Source: Rhizodiscina lignyota (taxonomy: Eukaryota). Taken from it: a stretch of 64,000 bases of DNA. Each line of letters opens with the position of its first letter. The first letter of the stretch is position 1. A program made the position numbers and the translations under genes. The stretch is taken from assembly GCA_010015805.1 (NCBI GenBank), contig ML978121.1, positions 1,736,001 to 1,800,000 on the forward strand, in the 5' to 3' direction. Below the pieces are notes generated by a model. That model did no database searches. It worked only from the letters and a program-made list of their open reading frames with translations, and was not told where the DNA came from. Positions 21,763 through 34,716 of this stretch are shown here, piece by piece.

Positions 21763-24684
21763 TCATGACGATATCTGCCATCTCTGATTGATCTGCTTCC
21801 TGCGTACCTGCGTGATATTAGCATTAGCGTCTCGCAAGATCCAGGTACCTAATAGACCGAGGTAAACTCACAAGAGGTGCAACAACAATAACGCCGACAC
21901 CCAATGCTGCCACTGTCGCCAGCATTTGCAGCTTGTTGAAGCCCTTGCCCAAAACATCGAATGTGAAACTAGGCGCAACTCGGGTCCCGAAGATGTCTAG
22001 TCCGTATGCGAAGACCAAGCTTGTGCTTTCCAAATTCGAGGGGGACGTAATAGCCTCCTTAACACCTAACACCTCACGCTGATGGTTCAAGTACCATTTT
22101 GGGTCGAATTCTAATGTGGGATGATATCGTACCAGACCTTCTGCAACCTCATCGGCGGTTGGATCACGTCCAACCGGGCGGCGAGCATCCAGCAATTGAC
22201 GTGGTATTGCGACGATGCCGTGAGAATCTGCAAGAGTAACAAGCAGCTCGCGAGAGGTGATGCCTTGACGCGTACGTGTGACGGTCATGTACTGGATTTC
22301 CTCTGGAATGTGAAAAGTCTGAGAGATAACATGCGGAACCACCGGTTGAGACCCCCCATCTATACCGAGACTAGAGTAATTGCTTGCATCGCCGAGTGGA
22401 CCACGATCATTTGGAACTGGTGATTCGTACATCTCTGAAATGACGATTTGATGTCCACGCGATGAGCCTGACGCGGAATCGTCGAGCGTAAAAGAGTATG
22501 CGAACCAGTTTTCTGCAACCGTCGAGGCGATTGTTCTTGTGGTATCGACGCCAAGATAAGAGACAGAATGGAGCGTTGTTCCAGAGACCGTATCGAGAAG
22601 GTGGACAGTGAGACTGCCTGTAGCATCGTTCACTGAAGAGACAAGCGCAATGTTTGGATCCAGGTACTTGTACAGTACTCTTCTGTCTCCGAGTACCTTT
22701 CCAATCGATGCAACAGGGTCGTTGACAGGCCTTGCAGCAACTCCGACAATTCTGTCGCCAGTGCGTACCATGAACTTCCAGGTAGAGCTGGAGACTGCCC
22801 CATTGGAGTGACCCGACGGGCTGAAGGCATGAATGGTATTGTCCGCGAGCTCAAAGGTGAAGCCCTGGTGTTCACCAAGTACTGGTGAATCAGGCAGCTC
22901 AGCCTCTATGCCAGTTTCGACCTCAAGCTCAATGGGTCGGCCTGCAGCTTTATCCCATACCTCAACTATGCCTGGTTTGCGACTGCTTGCACGGAGTTCA
23001 GGTGGTGCACTCCATCTCTCTCCAGGGCCTAATTTCAAAACTCGCTTGCTCCAGAGAACTGAAGTTGGATTTGTCGTATCGAGCGCAGCGATTCGGCCAT
23101 CTTCAAGAGCCAGGATAATGTATTTCCTGAAGCCAAACTTGTCTTTTTGAGGGCTGTCCGCAATGCCGCTCTTGGAGCCCATGAAAGTCTTCGGAAGACT
23201 CTGAAGCCAAGACGGTAGTGCTTTCAAGTCATTCACGTGCCTTGTGAGACGATGAACGTATGCTGCCAATGCATTTTGATGCCCTTCTAGCTCAAGCTCA
23301 TGAACCAGGCCCTGTTCCTCCGGCAAGTCAACAAAAGTAGCCGTGATAACACCAGTAAGATACTCTGGACGAGTCCAACTGACATCGCCATTCCTTAAGA
23401 GGGTCCATTCTCCATTGGAAGAAAGAACAGCTGCGCGTGTAGGGTAAGAACTCGATGACAGTGCTGCTACTTCGGCAGTCACCCGAAGTGGGAGTAGAGG
23501 TGATTGTGTCTTTGCCAATGGCCATCGCCCGAGTACTCCATGTGAGGCAGAAGAGACAAGAATCATCTCAGATTCGGTAACGCGAGTAAAGAAAACATTT
23601 GCATCAACCGTGCTGCAAGAGAAGGCTCCCTGGCCAGCAAGTTTTGGAAGCGAGTATGCCTTTGAAATTGTCGACTTGGCCAAGTTGACATGATAGACAT
23701 CTGCCCAGTGGCTCCTGGCTGATTGGTAATGAACCAAGAAATGCGTCAGAGCTGTCGAACGGTGGGGAGCGTGTAATGTTATGGCTGGACTATCGTCCTC
23801 ATCAGAATTGTTGATTGGCAAGTTTACTATCGTCTTCGTTCCCAGTATGTTAACCTTCAAAGCCTTATTCGCCTTGTCTGTCCAGGCAATCAGCGGGGAA
23901 GCAGAATTTGCGCCGACATAAAGGATCTGCTCAGGAGAGGTAACGTCACTTTCCGAACTAAGACTTTGTGCGTCCGTCTCTCGACCGGTAAGTTGATCCA
24001 GTGATGTAACTCTGATCTTGAGTCCGCTCATGATAGCTTTGTGAAAGCTGATGAGGTATACGTGTGCTGAAGAGGTGGAGACTTGAAAGGCATTGTCGCC
24101 ACTGTTCGAAAATATCAGCAATCTGGAGCTTATTTTCTTTGCACTGAGACTGACGTCTTGTCAATATATTCCCACTTCACATTACCACTACCGCCATCCA
24201 ACCTTTGAACGACTGGATGGCCATCATTGTACAGAATCAAAACGTCGCCGTTGCCTTTGGCATCGGGCAGCTCTATGATCTCCAGATCATGTACGAGCGC
24301 ATTCCCAAGATTTCTCGACCAGATAAGTCGGCCATCTGAAGCTGCCCATGCCGCAATGTTGTTGTTGACACCGCTCACAACCACATCCTGACCATCCCCG
24401 GCTCTTAGAAAGATATTAGAGCTATTCGCCGGCCCTGCCAACGCCTGTCTCCAAACGATAGCTCCATCTCTTGGGTTGATAGCTCCCAACACTGCTTTGT
24501 CGGATAGCGTGTACAGTAACGACGCCTTCGATTTCGCGTAAGGCTGGTGGAAAAAGGTGGTATGTGACTGCGGTAGGCCTAGAAGAGGTACGTGGTGGTC
24601 AATTTGGAAGGCATCGTCGGCAAAGACAGCAAGTGCTGGTTCGACAAGCCATGCTCCCGATAGAAGCAGTGCTAACCAGCGCAT
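21763..24684 (-). CDS. EMC1: ER membrane protein complex subunit 1; 3 exons
   Basis: Signal peptide then AVFADDAFQIDHH, PQQ-like propeller, PVASIGKVLGDRRVLYKYL, LESTSLVFAYGLDIFGTRVAPSFTFDVLGKGFNK, a TM helix, and last exon VRRKQINQRWQISS*. Confidence 0.93.
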
Positions 24685-26892
24685 TGCGCAAGATGTTTCG
24701 GTGATGTGGTTGCGCTACAGGCAAACCCTCTCACTTTATCAAATTGAAGCTCAACTGAAGCTCTGTTGTCTCGTTGCGCGGCCAGTTGCGACCGAAGAAA
24801 AGCCGACACCCAGCGCGACTTCAACCCGACAGCGCTGGAAGTTGGCTTTAGCTCTCTACACATATTGCCTACCAAGACATGTCGCCTATTCAACTGAGAC
24901 GCTTGTACTAACCTCGACGGATCACAGGATAACGATTGATCATCCAGGCAGAAGATTCCATCGTCAATGACTCTCCAATGTTGGCAAGACCAATTCATCC
25001 TATATCTTTTCCTTTGTCGTTTGTCTTAAACTCTGCATTTATACCTTCGTAGCTTGACGAGTATGTCAGGATGTTTGAACGGCCAGTTTCAACATCGCGT
25101 ACTTCCAGTTGTAATATTCATTGAACTCGAGCTCCATTTCATTGCACCGAACTTTCGTCTCGCATCTCACAACTGAATACGAACTTCGTTTTCAATCTCA
25201 GTCCCTATTCATCTACTAACGCCCTGGGATATTATGCCATACGATGCTTCTGCTTACTGTGGCATAGGGACCCAGTCCAGCTTTGCTCTTGTGCATTCCC
25301 ACGTTTGGACGCAGCTGAGCAAGGATTACAACAGGGACACAGGATCATGATAGCCCTGCGTAAAGTCAATTTGTTTTCCAGGCTATGCTGTATACCAGCG
25401 CGTCTTCGCGGGCCCATTGGTTTCCATGACCTTGGAAGGATTTCTACAGTAAATCGGAGGCTAATTTCATCGACGTACCTGAAGTTCCTGCAAAGTCAGG
25501 CATTCTGACACACGAGCACACACCTGCGATCACACAGTCTCTCGATGTACGGCCAAACAGACGCTTGCGCGTCACTGCGGAATGGACTGGAGACTAGTTC
25601 TATCCGGCCACACATCGAGTCGCGCATTCGTTCGACCATCTCTGAAGGATGCTTCCGCACCAGCCCGGCACGCGTGTTGATACACTGTGTTTGCTGAACC
25701 TAGTTACCTGGTATAGAATCCCACGTGTGCTCAGAGTCACAATCCATCAAGTGGGCGACCTATTTTAATGCTGTTCGCGAACCGAATGAACCTAATATGG
25801 TTTATACTAGCGCTTCGGTCGCTAAAGTAGGCGTTCGAACATGTGCCGTAAGATATAACCAGCTCTTGTCAGGTACCGCAAGTCCCTAGACCGCACACGA
25901 GCGGGCTCTGTCGGCTAAGAGTCAGTGCGGAATAGCATATAATATCGGTGTTCGAGCAAGACATTATCCCTGACCTCGTGCGTCTGGTGGAGGACACGCG
26001 TATGATTTTCGCTCGCGGTGTAAAAGAAAAGAGTTCCACGCACCAGATCAATACTACTGCACGCTGAGCCTGCTCATCTTAGACAGAAGCTTGCGCAATC
26101 CGACAGAGGATTATCGAAGAAAGATTCTGCATTGTGATATTAGATGTGAACCTTCCATGCAACCTCCACTGAATTGGCATCCTGTGCCAATGAAGAGATG
26201 CTCGGGTTACGTGCACAAGAAATGGGAAAGCAGGTTTTCTTCCTTGAACAGCTACTACTCGCTGTTAAGGCGATAATCTAAAAAGTGACACTACGCAGTT
26301 CATACGAATGCGGAATGTCCTTGTCGGCGGCGTCGAAGTCGCTTATCACACAATCCTATGTAAGCTCGCTTTGCGGCGCGCAACTGGTGGAAGAACTTAC
26401 TCGAAAAGGATAACGTCGAACACTTTCCCAAAAGGCATTACGCGCGTTACCATTGTTACGAGGAAATCATTCCCCTCCCGTCCAAAGTGAGGGTTCTTGA
26501 TTTTATCGACGGGGTTTTATATGTACACGCACACAACCTCGTTTGAGACCACCCTGCGTCGTCGTACGCATACGTCACACAGTCCTACAACATCAGGTCA
26601 ACCGTCAGACCCGAAACGATGTTTTAAACGTGGTAGCGGGGGGCTTCCAATAGATGCACGGAGACGCATTCTTCTATTTGAGGCTTTTCGTCCGAGTCTA
26701 TGATACGCCGATACAGCCTCCAAGGTCTATGGTATCCTTCGCTTCCATAATTTACAGTTGGCAAGGGAATATTTACAGTATCAAACCAAGCGCCGGAAGT
26801 TCCCTATCCAGATAATCAATAAAATATGTACAACATCATTTACCAGAGTGGTTTAACCAATTCATAACGACTTGAAACAGCCAGAGGTGATT

Positions 26893-28071
26893 TCAACCAA
26901 CAACCTTCACCTTTTCGTCGTTCTCTTCATCCTTGATCCTTTCTCTCGGATCTCCTTCTTCCGCAGGCACCTGCTTGTACGCAGCTTGGCCTGTACCGGG
27001 ACCTTTGCCGTGAGCGAAACGATCCCTCGCCCATCCATACAAGGCACTACCACTCAAAATCAATGCCATGCTCGCCACCCTGCCAGAAGTGACAGGCTCG
27101 TGTAGAATGACGACGGCCAGCGCACTCTGCGCAACACCTCTCGCAGCAGTGACAATCATGTGTGTCGTGGGGCTCGTGACTTCGATTTGCATGAACGTCG
27201 CAATAGTGAGCAGGAAGCCCGCCAGGCCAGTCAGAGAGGCGAGGCGGAGGAACTCCACGCCATTGATCGGAGCGGCGGCGCCTTGACCAACAGTCGAAGG
27301 GTCGATCGGGTTGGAGACGGACGCAATGACAGCGAAGAACGTATTGCTCTCGCCGGACAGCACCAGCAGAGGAATGAAGAAGAAGACCGACATAACGTTG
27401 CTCATCCATACCATCTGCCACACGCCCATTCCATCGTCCTTTCCCTTTCCAGGGGAGAGATACTTCTTCACCACCACGCTCTCCACTGCTGTTGTGAAGC
27501 TGCTGCCCACTCCTAGAAGCAGGCCCTTTCCACCTGTGAGTTTTCCTCTCATATCCGTCGCCATACCCGCAACAAAGCCAAGCATGACGGCACCGGCACC
27601 GGCCAGGGAGATCGGAGGGAAGTAGGGTAGCGGTCGGAGGATAACGAGCGACAGGAGAAGGGTGAATGGGAGAAGGAGGCCACGTGCGATCTGGTAGAAG
27701 GAGGCGTCGATGCTAGCAAGACAGAAGGTCTTCGCGAGGATGCCAACCATGCGGGCAGCTGTGAGGGGAAGGATAGACTTCCATGTCTACGACAATGTAT
27801 AAGCTCGGGCGCTAGATGACAGTTTTGAACAAGATGTACGTACCGACAACGGCTTAATAGGCTGGATCCACCCAAGTGGCACACCGATGGCTGTGAGAAG
27901 CACAACTTGGACCGAAAATTGGAGAGTTAAGAGGAGGATGGGCGATTCAATGCTGTTGAGCGCGGATTTGGAGACGAGGGTGCTCCAGATAGCGCAGGAC
28001 GAGTGGAAGAGGATGGTCAAGGTGACCTTTAAGCGGCTCTGAGGCCTCGGTGCCTCGAACTCGACTGCCAT
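26893..28071 (-). CDS. SLC35/TPT-family Golgi transporter (GDP-fucose transporter-like); 2 exons
   Basis: About 10 hydrophobic helices. ASFYQIARGLLLPFT and FMQIEVTSPTTHMIVTAARGVAQS resemble SLC35C1-type motifs. Intron at about 27787-27843. Confidence 0.8.
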
Positions 28072-29614
28072 GGTGCTGTATTATCAAGAATGAAATTTCA
28101 AGAGTCGAAAGGGGTTGTCGCCAAACGCCCAAGTGCGATCAGTAAGCTATAAATGATAAGAAAGGAGCGGCTATGGCTTCATCAAGCCAAAGAGAAAGTG
28201 GTCCGCGGCAGCTGAGTTGAATGTCTGTCGAGAACAGACGAGCTGCTGCGAGACGTTGGTGATCGATGCACAATAGTGGTGCGGTGGGCGAAAGACGTGT
28301 TGAGAGGCTCTTCAGCCGCTCTCAAAATAAAGTAGTAACTGATAGGTCGGGAATAGGGTAAGGGTCCCGACCGGCAGGCGACGTCAAATTCGCGACATTC
28401 AGCTAACTCCTATCCCTCCCTACTTCAAAAGGGAGGTGAGGAGGCAACATTTCTGTCCCCGCCTTAACGCTTGAGCCAGGTCGAAAAGGGGGTTAATGAA
28501 GGTTTGACCGTTTGCGCACTCTCTCCTACACTACGCACACGCCATCTTCAAAATTGTTGCACGATTACCCCGTACCTAAGCCAACTCAGGTAAATGCAGA
28601 CTCTATTTCATGCCCTCGAAGGGCCATGAGACTGAGAGTTCGGCGATCGAAAGCTTGCATGGTTCTTTTGATCTGCGAGCATGAGTGGCTTTCCAAGACC
28701 TGCTTCCTACTCTGGACAATTATAATCTGGGAGAAAGGGGACGATCCAGCTCTCCCTGGAGGATGATTGCAGTGTTCCATGCCACAATGGAATGCCAAGC
28801 AGCGGTCAATATGAGCCTTATGACCCGCCCCGCCACTGCCGAGACTGAAAAGTCTTGGGCCGTAATAATCAGCACTTCAAACCTCCAAGCGATCCGGCTG
28901 AGGGCTAAGATCGACGCCTCTTCACCGGCTCCATCTGGCGGATGGCTCCGCTGTGCAGACACAGACCTCGATTCACAGAGGTCCAGATACGATTCGATCG
29001 TGAATCGACATAGGTAGCTCTGCGGCTGTCTTCGAGATGCCACCTCGTGCCAGGTAGCATGAAATATAAGATGACATATCAGTGTCGCAAGCCACCGAAT
29101 GGGACAAAGCGCATTATATTACTGTCTCGTCTATATCTCCGCGAAAGCTCTGCTCCATGTACATGTAAGGAACAGCTCCTATGTAATCATCCCACTCTCA
29201 GAGCGCCGGGTTACATAGAACAGTGCCAAGCCCGGCTGTGGTGCCAACAAGCGTAGCTCAATAACGCCGCGAACCACACGCGCGGCTTTTACTGGATCCT
29301 CTCAGGGGTACCCAGGGTCCTGTTTGGAGGGAACCCAACAACTCATTGCTCTTCGCTCGCGGTTCGCCTCAAAATGCCACGCGGTGATTACCTCGTTTTC
29401 GCTGCAAGACCTTGTCCTCTTAGCCTCCTGTTTGATTAGTTTTAATGCCACTGCCGAACCCGGTGGCACCCAGGTACATATTCGCGCTCAAGCCTCTTTC
29501 TCTCACTTCTGTCCGTTGGCCTTGGTCCTGTAGCTCTGCGTCTTCCATTCGTTACGCTCCTTATCTTTCTTGTGTTGACTTCCTTTCAAAGTCGGATCAA
29601 GATCACCGGGAGTC

Positions 29615-31374
29615 ATGATGGGCGCGTGGGCAAACCGACCTCTTGGTCGTATCGCCGTCGGCGCATTCATTCTTCTGTGGATAATTTTCGCATTTGCTTT
29701 CCTTGGTGGCCGTTACAGCGATCAAGAGTGGTATAGCCAGTCCGTGGATAGATTTAAGGCCTGGACTTCTTCAAACTACACGGAAGTCCTCGAATCAGCG
29801 CAGCAAGAGATCGAAGACGAGAATGTGGAGCCGATCCCCATCTCATACAACCTCGAGATCGCGCCGAAGGTTGGATGCGAGGTTCTAGTAAGCGACCTCC
29901 AATTACGGCTTCTCGAGGAGTATTCGCAGTTGTTGAAAGGTATTCGACACGTGAACATTTGGGGCTATTTGGGTGCGTTTTATTTTCTCCCTCCATGCTC
30001 ATCCAGCAACTAACCCCTTACAGAAACGGAAAATAAGGGTGACGCAGCGATATGGGCAGCTCAGCAGATGCTTTTGAGCGAGATGGGGATCGAGTCGCAT
30101 GAGTCCTGCCGGTCAGTATGATACTCAGTACAACGTCAGATGCAAGGATGCTTTGTGCTGCCCTGTGCAACACCTCGACGACGACCCTTTCATAACGGGC
30201 AAGCACAATTTCCAGAATATCAAATTGTCTGACGTATACTAGTTTCCTTGACAAGGGCTGCAACGCCGAACAGTTCAGAGCTGCACTCGAACATTACAAG
30301 CCCCACTCTGCGGTCGTCATGGCAGGCGGCGGGAACTTCAACGACTATTATTGGGAGGACCAACCGTCTAGAATCAACATGATCAACAACTTCCCGGACG
30401 TACCCATCCGTGCATTCCCACAGAGTATTCACATGACCAAGGCGGACCGCATTAACGCGACAAGAGAAAGCTTCGGAAAGCACCCGGACTTGCAAGTCGC
30501 TGCTCGCGACCAACCCAGCTACGACTGGTTGCGTGACAATCTCGGCCAGAAGGTTCTGGGAGACGGAAAGGAGGTAAAGAGCGTTCTTGTGCCGGATATC
30601 GCGTTCATGTGGGGCAACAGACCGGATTTCAGACGAAACACTAAGAAAACGTATGTTCTTGCTCCACTATCCTCTCATTAAATACAGACGTGATCCAGCC
30701 TGTAGTTGGACACTCATTGATAATGATGGTTTAGGCATGATATCCTCATTCTAGCCCGAGACGACAAGGAGATTTCAGCCGGCGGCAGCAAACAAATACC
30801 TTTCGGCACTGGCGTCCTCGATCTCGGCGGCCGCATTGGCAACGTGACCTACCAAAAAGTCGACTGGAAGTTTACACACACGCCCGGCATTGACAGAGAG
30901 CTCCCAGGTTTCCTTCGCACAAAGCTCCAAGGCGGATCAAGTGATGACAAGGGTGGATATTACAAACACGAGGGGGATCAGAACTCCCAAGAGGAAACCG
31001 CAGTGGAGAACTCAGACGAGGGAAATGAAGAAAAGCATGACAACGACAAACGTGGATTCAAAATCCCCGATACCCCAGAGTTTGTCGACCAGGACGAGCC
31101 AGGCAAGAACCAGCGTGCATGGGCGAAGGCAGTCGCGGGTTTTGAGTTGCTCGGCAGCGCAAAGTTCGTCATTACGGATCGACTCCACGGACACATCATG
31201 AGCACGATCATAGGAGTACCGCATGTTCTTATGGATAGCAAGCTGGGGAAGAACTTGAACTTTCACGATACCTGGACACAGGACTGCGAATGTACGAGAA
31301 TCACGGATGACTTTGAGAAATCATTGGAGGTGGCACGGCTGTACTTTGAAAGTATTGACGATGGCCTGCAATGA
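29615..31374 (+). CDS. Polysaccharide pyruvyl transferase family protein (Pvg1-like), type II membrane; exons about 29615-29972, 30024-30111, 30244-30650, 30735-31374
   Basis: N-terminal TM anchor. ENKGDAAIW, AGGGNFNDYYW, FPQSI, ARDQPSY, VPDIAF, LARDDKE and VITDRLHGHIMSTIIGVPH match PS_pyruv_trans family motifs. Confidence 0.87.
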
Positions 31375-32310
31375 GTGGGGGATTTCGAGATCTGTACATG
31401 TGGTTTGGCACGATGCATTGCGAGGCGTTAAGGGAAGGGTTATAAAAGGCACTCCACACGTGAGTTGGTTTCAATCGTAAAGATCTAGGGCATTTTATAG
31501 GTGGTCTTACGACTATTTCTCTCCATTGTAACATATTATAGCTGGAGACACTATATTACAGTGTACATACGAACGTATATGGCGAATCATGCCATACAGG
31601 ATATTCCAATGCTAATTCAATTTCTAACTGACGCGTCCGCTGTCCATACCGTCAGGTCCCTATGAAGCAGCTTAGAAGAGCATCGCTGGCTGACTGCTGA
31701 CTGCTCATCATGCGGAGTGCAGGGGAAGAGTGATTTCAGACTCACTCCTTCTCTCGACGCGCAGAACCATTCTGCAGTGTAACATCCAAATGTCCGTTCC
31801 CTCTCCGGAACTGGTAGAAAATGTCTTTTCGTCTTCTGACACTTATCCTTTCTAATGGCAAGAGGGCAGCATCATCGGCAAGGGTCGCGTAACACAGCTT
31901 CCATTCGATTCGTGGAATCCAACCTCTTAATTCGACGGGAGCATCTCTTTAGGTTACGGCAATCGGGCTTTGGGTGCAGAACTTTCATCATTGCGTCAGT
32001 TTTAAACCAGACTTTTCTAAGCGGGTCCTTACACCGGTATTCGGGATTTTTAGGCCATCGATGTGGTCCTCTGGGCACAAACGCGTTATCATCACTAAAG
32101 ACCGGCATGAAGCCCGATGTGGGTTGGACGATTTGAGTCACAGCTTTCGAATGGCCACCAATCAGTTCTCACCGATCTTGCCGATTTTCTCTCCTAATGC
32201 TTACCTCCATAAAGATATCGTATTTCTTTAACTCGTTTCTACATCTATTGAATCGCATTCAGTCCAACATTCCGTCAGTATTTAAGCCTCACAGGGACTC
32301 TGGATGAAGA

Positions 32311-33714
32311 ATGGCAAACATATCCGACGTCCCACTCGACAATATGTCTCCAGGAACCGCTGTCACCAATAGACACTTTCAAGAAGATGAACCAAATACC
32401 TACAGTTCATTTGAGCTTGGAACTGAACTACAGTCCATCCCCGAACCCGACGGTGGAAGACAGGCATGGCTGGTACTCGCAGGCTGCGCTGTCATTCAGG
32501 CCCCCGTTTGGGGTACGCTTCTCAAATATGTTAACAACTTCAGACGCTCACCAATAACAGGATTCGGGCTCGCGTTCGGAGTGTTGCAACAGTACTATGC
32601 TTCTCATTCCGATGAGCTTCGTGGGGACGTGAAAAGCGTACCAATCATTGGAACCACGGCAACTGGGATACTCTACTGTTGCTCGCCCTTGACTTTTGCT
32701 GTCCTCTCCCGCTGGCCCAAGCTCCGAAGGTTCTTTGGTCCCGTCGGACTTGCTATATCCACAGCGAGTCTTATTGCGTCGACATTCGTGTCATCAGTCT
32801 CAGCGTTAATCGCCACGCAGGGTGTCCTCAATGCCATTGGGTGCGGCCTCTTGTTCGCTCCAACCACGCTTTACCTTGACGAATGGTTCATCAGACGGAA
32901 GGGCATCGCGTATGGCTTGATGTGGGCTGGCAAGAGCTTGGACGGTGCCGTATTCCCGTTCATCATGGACTTCATGCTTCGGTCTTTGGGTTGGAAGAAC
33001 ACGCTCAGGATCTGGGCAGCTGCCATGTTTGCTCTCACGGCACCGCTGCTCTTTTTCCTGCGGCCTCGGATTCCAATTTCCCAATCAACAAGACCCAGGC
33101 CCTTGAGCCTCACCTTCTTACGCCACAAAGACTTCTGGATGCTCGAAGTCGGCAACATCATGCAAAGTTTCGGGTATTTCCTGCCCCAAACATTTCTCTC
33201 TTCATACGCTGTCTCATTAGGCACCTCACCCATGGTTGGAGCAGCCATACTGGCCATTTTCAATGCTACCTCCATATGTGGGAACATTGGGATAGGCATC
33301 TTGAATGACCATATGGCGGTCACTTCGGTGGTCCTCTTCTCGAGCATCGGGTCCGCGATAGCAGTGTTCTTGCTCTGGGGCTTCACTTCTCAGGTTGCAC
33401 TCCTCATCATGTATGCCATCGTCTATGGCGTCTTTGCCGGCGGGTACAGCTCGACTTGGTCTGGCATTCAGACGCACCTCAAGCGAAAGTCCTCCTCTAC
33501 CGACACTGGATTGGTCTTCGGGCTTCTTGCCGGAGGCAGGGGAATAGGGAACGTTATCAGCGGACCGCTCAGCGTTGCACTCCTCACCAGCGACAATTGG
33601 ATGCACACAGGACGCAGCTGGGCTTTTAACTCGGAGTATGGTCCTTTGATTCTGTTCACGGGAGCCACAGCTCTGTGTGGCGCCTGCGGATCTTTGCTAT
33701 CCCTTGGGCGATGA
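32311..33714 (+). CDS. MFS monocarboxylate-porter (MCH-like) transporter; probable in-frame intron at about 32513-32561
   Basis: PDGGRQAWLVL, YLDEWFIRRKGIAYG and VFGLLAGGRGIGNVISGPLS; 12-TM pattern. Confidence 0.9.
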   Translation: MANISDVPLDNMSPGTAVTNRHFQEDEPNTYSSFELGTELQSIPEPDGGRQAWLVLAGCAVIQAPVWGTLLKYVNNFRRSPITGFGLAFGVLQQYYASHSDELRGDVKSVPIIGTTATGILYCCSPLTFAVLSRWPKLRRFFGPVGLAISTASLIASTFVSSVSALIATQGVLNAIGCGLLFAPTTLYLDEWFIRRKGIAYGLMWAGKSLDGAVFPFIMDFMLRSLGWKNTLRIWAAAMFALTAPLLFFLRPRIPISQSTRPRPLSLTFLRHKDFWMLEVGNIMQSFGYFLPQTFLSSYAVSLGTSPMVGAAILAIFNATSICGNIGIGILNDHMAVTSVVLFSSIGSAIAVFLLWGFTSQVALLIMYAIVYGVFAGGYSSTWSGIQTHLKRKSSSTDTGLVFGLLAGGRGIGNVISGPLSVALLTSDNWMHTGRSWAFNSEYGPLILFTGATALCGACGSLLSLGR

Positions 33715-34017
33715 AGAGTTATATGCGGGAAACGGAAAGCCAGAGTGCTGCGTAGGACTTTGGTTCACAGCAATTGTGGGGCTAACTGCCCCGCGCGACT
33801 GGACCCCTTTGCGGTGCAGCAGGAGTACCCCGCAATCCGAAATCGGGGGTACCTGCCTGAACTCCAGAAGTCCGAACTTCATCTGGGGAGCCGTGACCTT
33901 TGTCCACATTGAATTTGCATAACTCTCCCTCGATCAGACGTCTATACCTCTTATCTAGCTTCTAATATTGAACTTCTACAGGCAAACAATCAATCAAACG
34001 AACCTGAACGATTGACA

Positions 34018-34617
34018 ATGGCACACGAGGGCAAGCTTCGAAAGGTCAATCGTCTGATCACAACCCACAATGCTGAAGGAAAGGCCATCTTCTCGGACGC
34101 TCTGCCAGAGGAGTCCAAAATGGAGCCATTGCCAGATAATATGGGCTTTGCTTTGAGGTAGTTCTAGAACTTTGAATCGGCCTGTAGAAGCTGACTGAAA
34201 TGCCACAGCTACATCACCAAAGGATTTCCGGTGGACCTCAACGGTGACAAAGATATCGAGACGTACAGACCCTTTATTAATAACGCTCCTGGTCTCACTG
34301 TCTCCGGGGGAACGGTTCTCAGACACGTCGACTTCCCACCGAACATGACATGCGCCATGCACAGGACAGTCTCACTGGATTATGGCGTCGTGCTTGAGGG
34401 AGAGGTCGACCTCCTTTTGGACAGCGGGGAGGTGAAGCGGATGAAAAGAGGGGACGTCGCAATTCAGAGAGGAACAATGCACGCGTGGAAGAACCCACAT
34501 CCGACAGAGTGGGCGAGGATGATGTTCGTGCTACAGGAGTGCAAACCGTTGGAGCTCGGAGGGAAGAAGTTGGACGAAAACTTGGGGACGGCGGTCGGAA
34601 TCAGGAAATCGGACTGA
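34018..34617 (+). CDS. Cupin-2 domain protein; intron at about 34158-34208
   Basis: NRLITTHNAEGKA, VDFPP, MHRTVSLDYGVVLEGE and QRGTMHAWKNP. Confidence 0.9.
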
Positions 34618-34716
34618 TAGATGATTCTAGAATGTTTATGAATTTGAAGGTAGACCTAGATGGGAATCAAAAAGCCTCAGCCACGCTTCAGTAAAGTTAG
34701 ATTTTGAAACGGAGGC

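Noticed and set aside
25000..26850. 1.8-kb intergenic region with short ORFs
   Set aside because: No consistent splice pattern or protein motif was found by eye.
31872..32141. 89-aa minus-strand ORF upstream of the MFS gene
   Set aside because: Non-ATG start, no motif, and it lies in a probable promoter.
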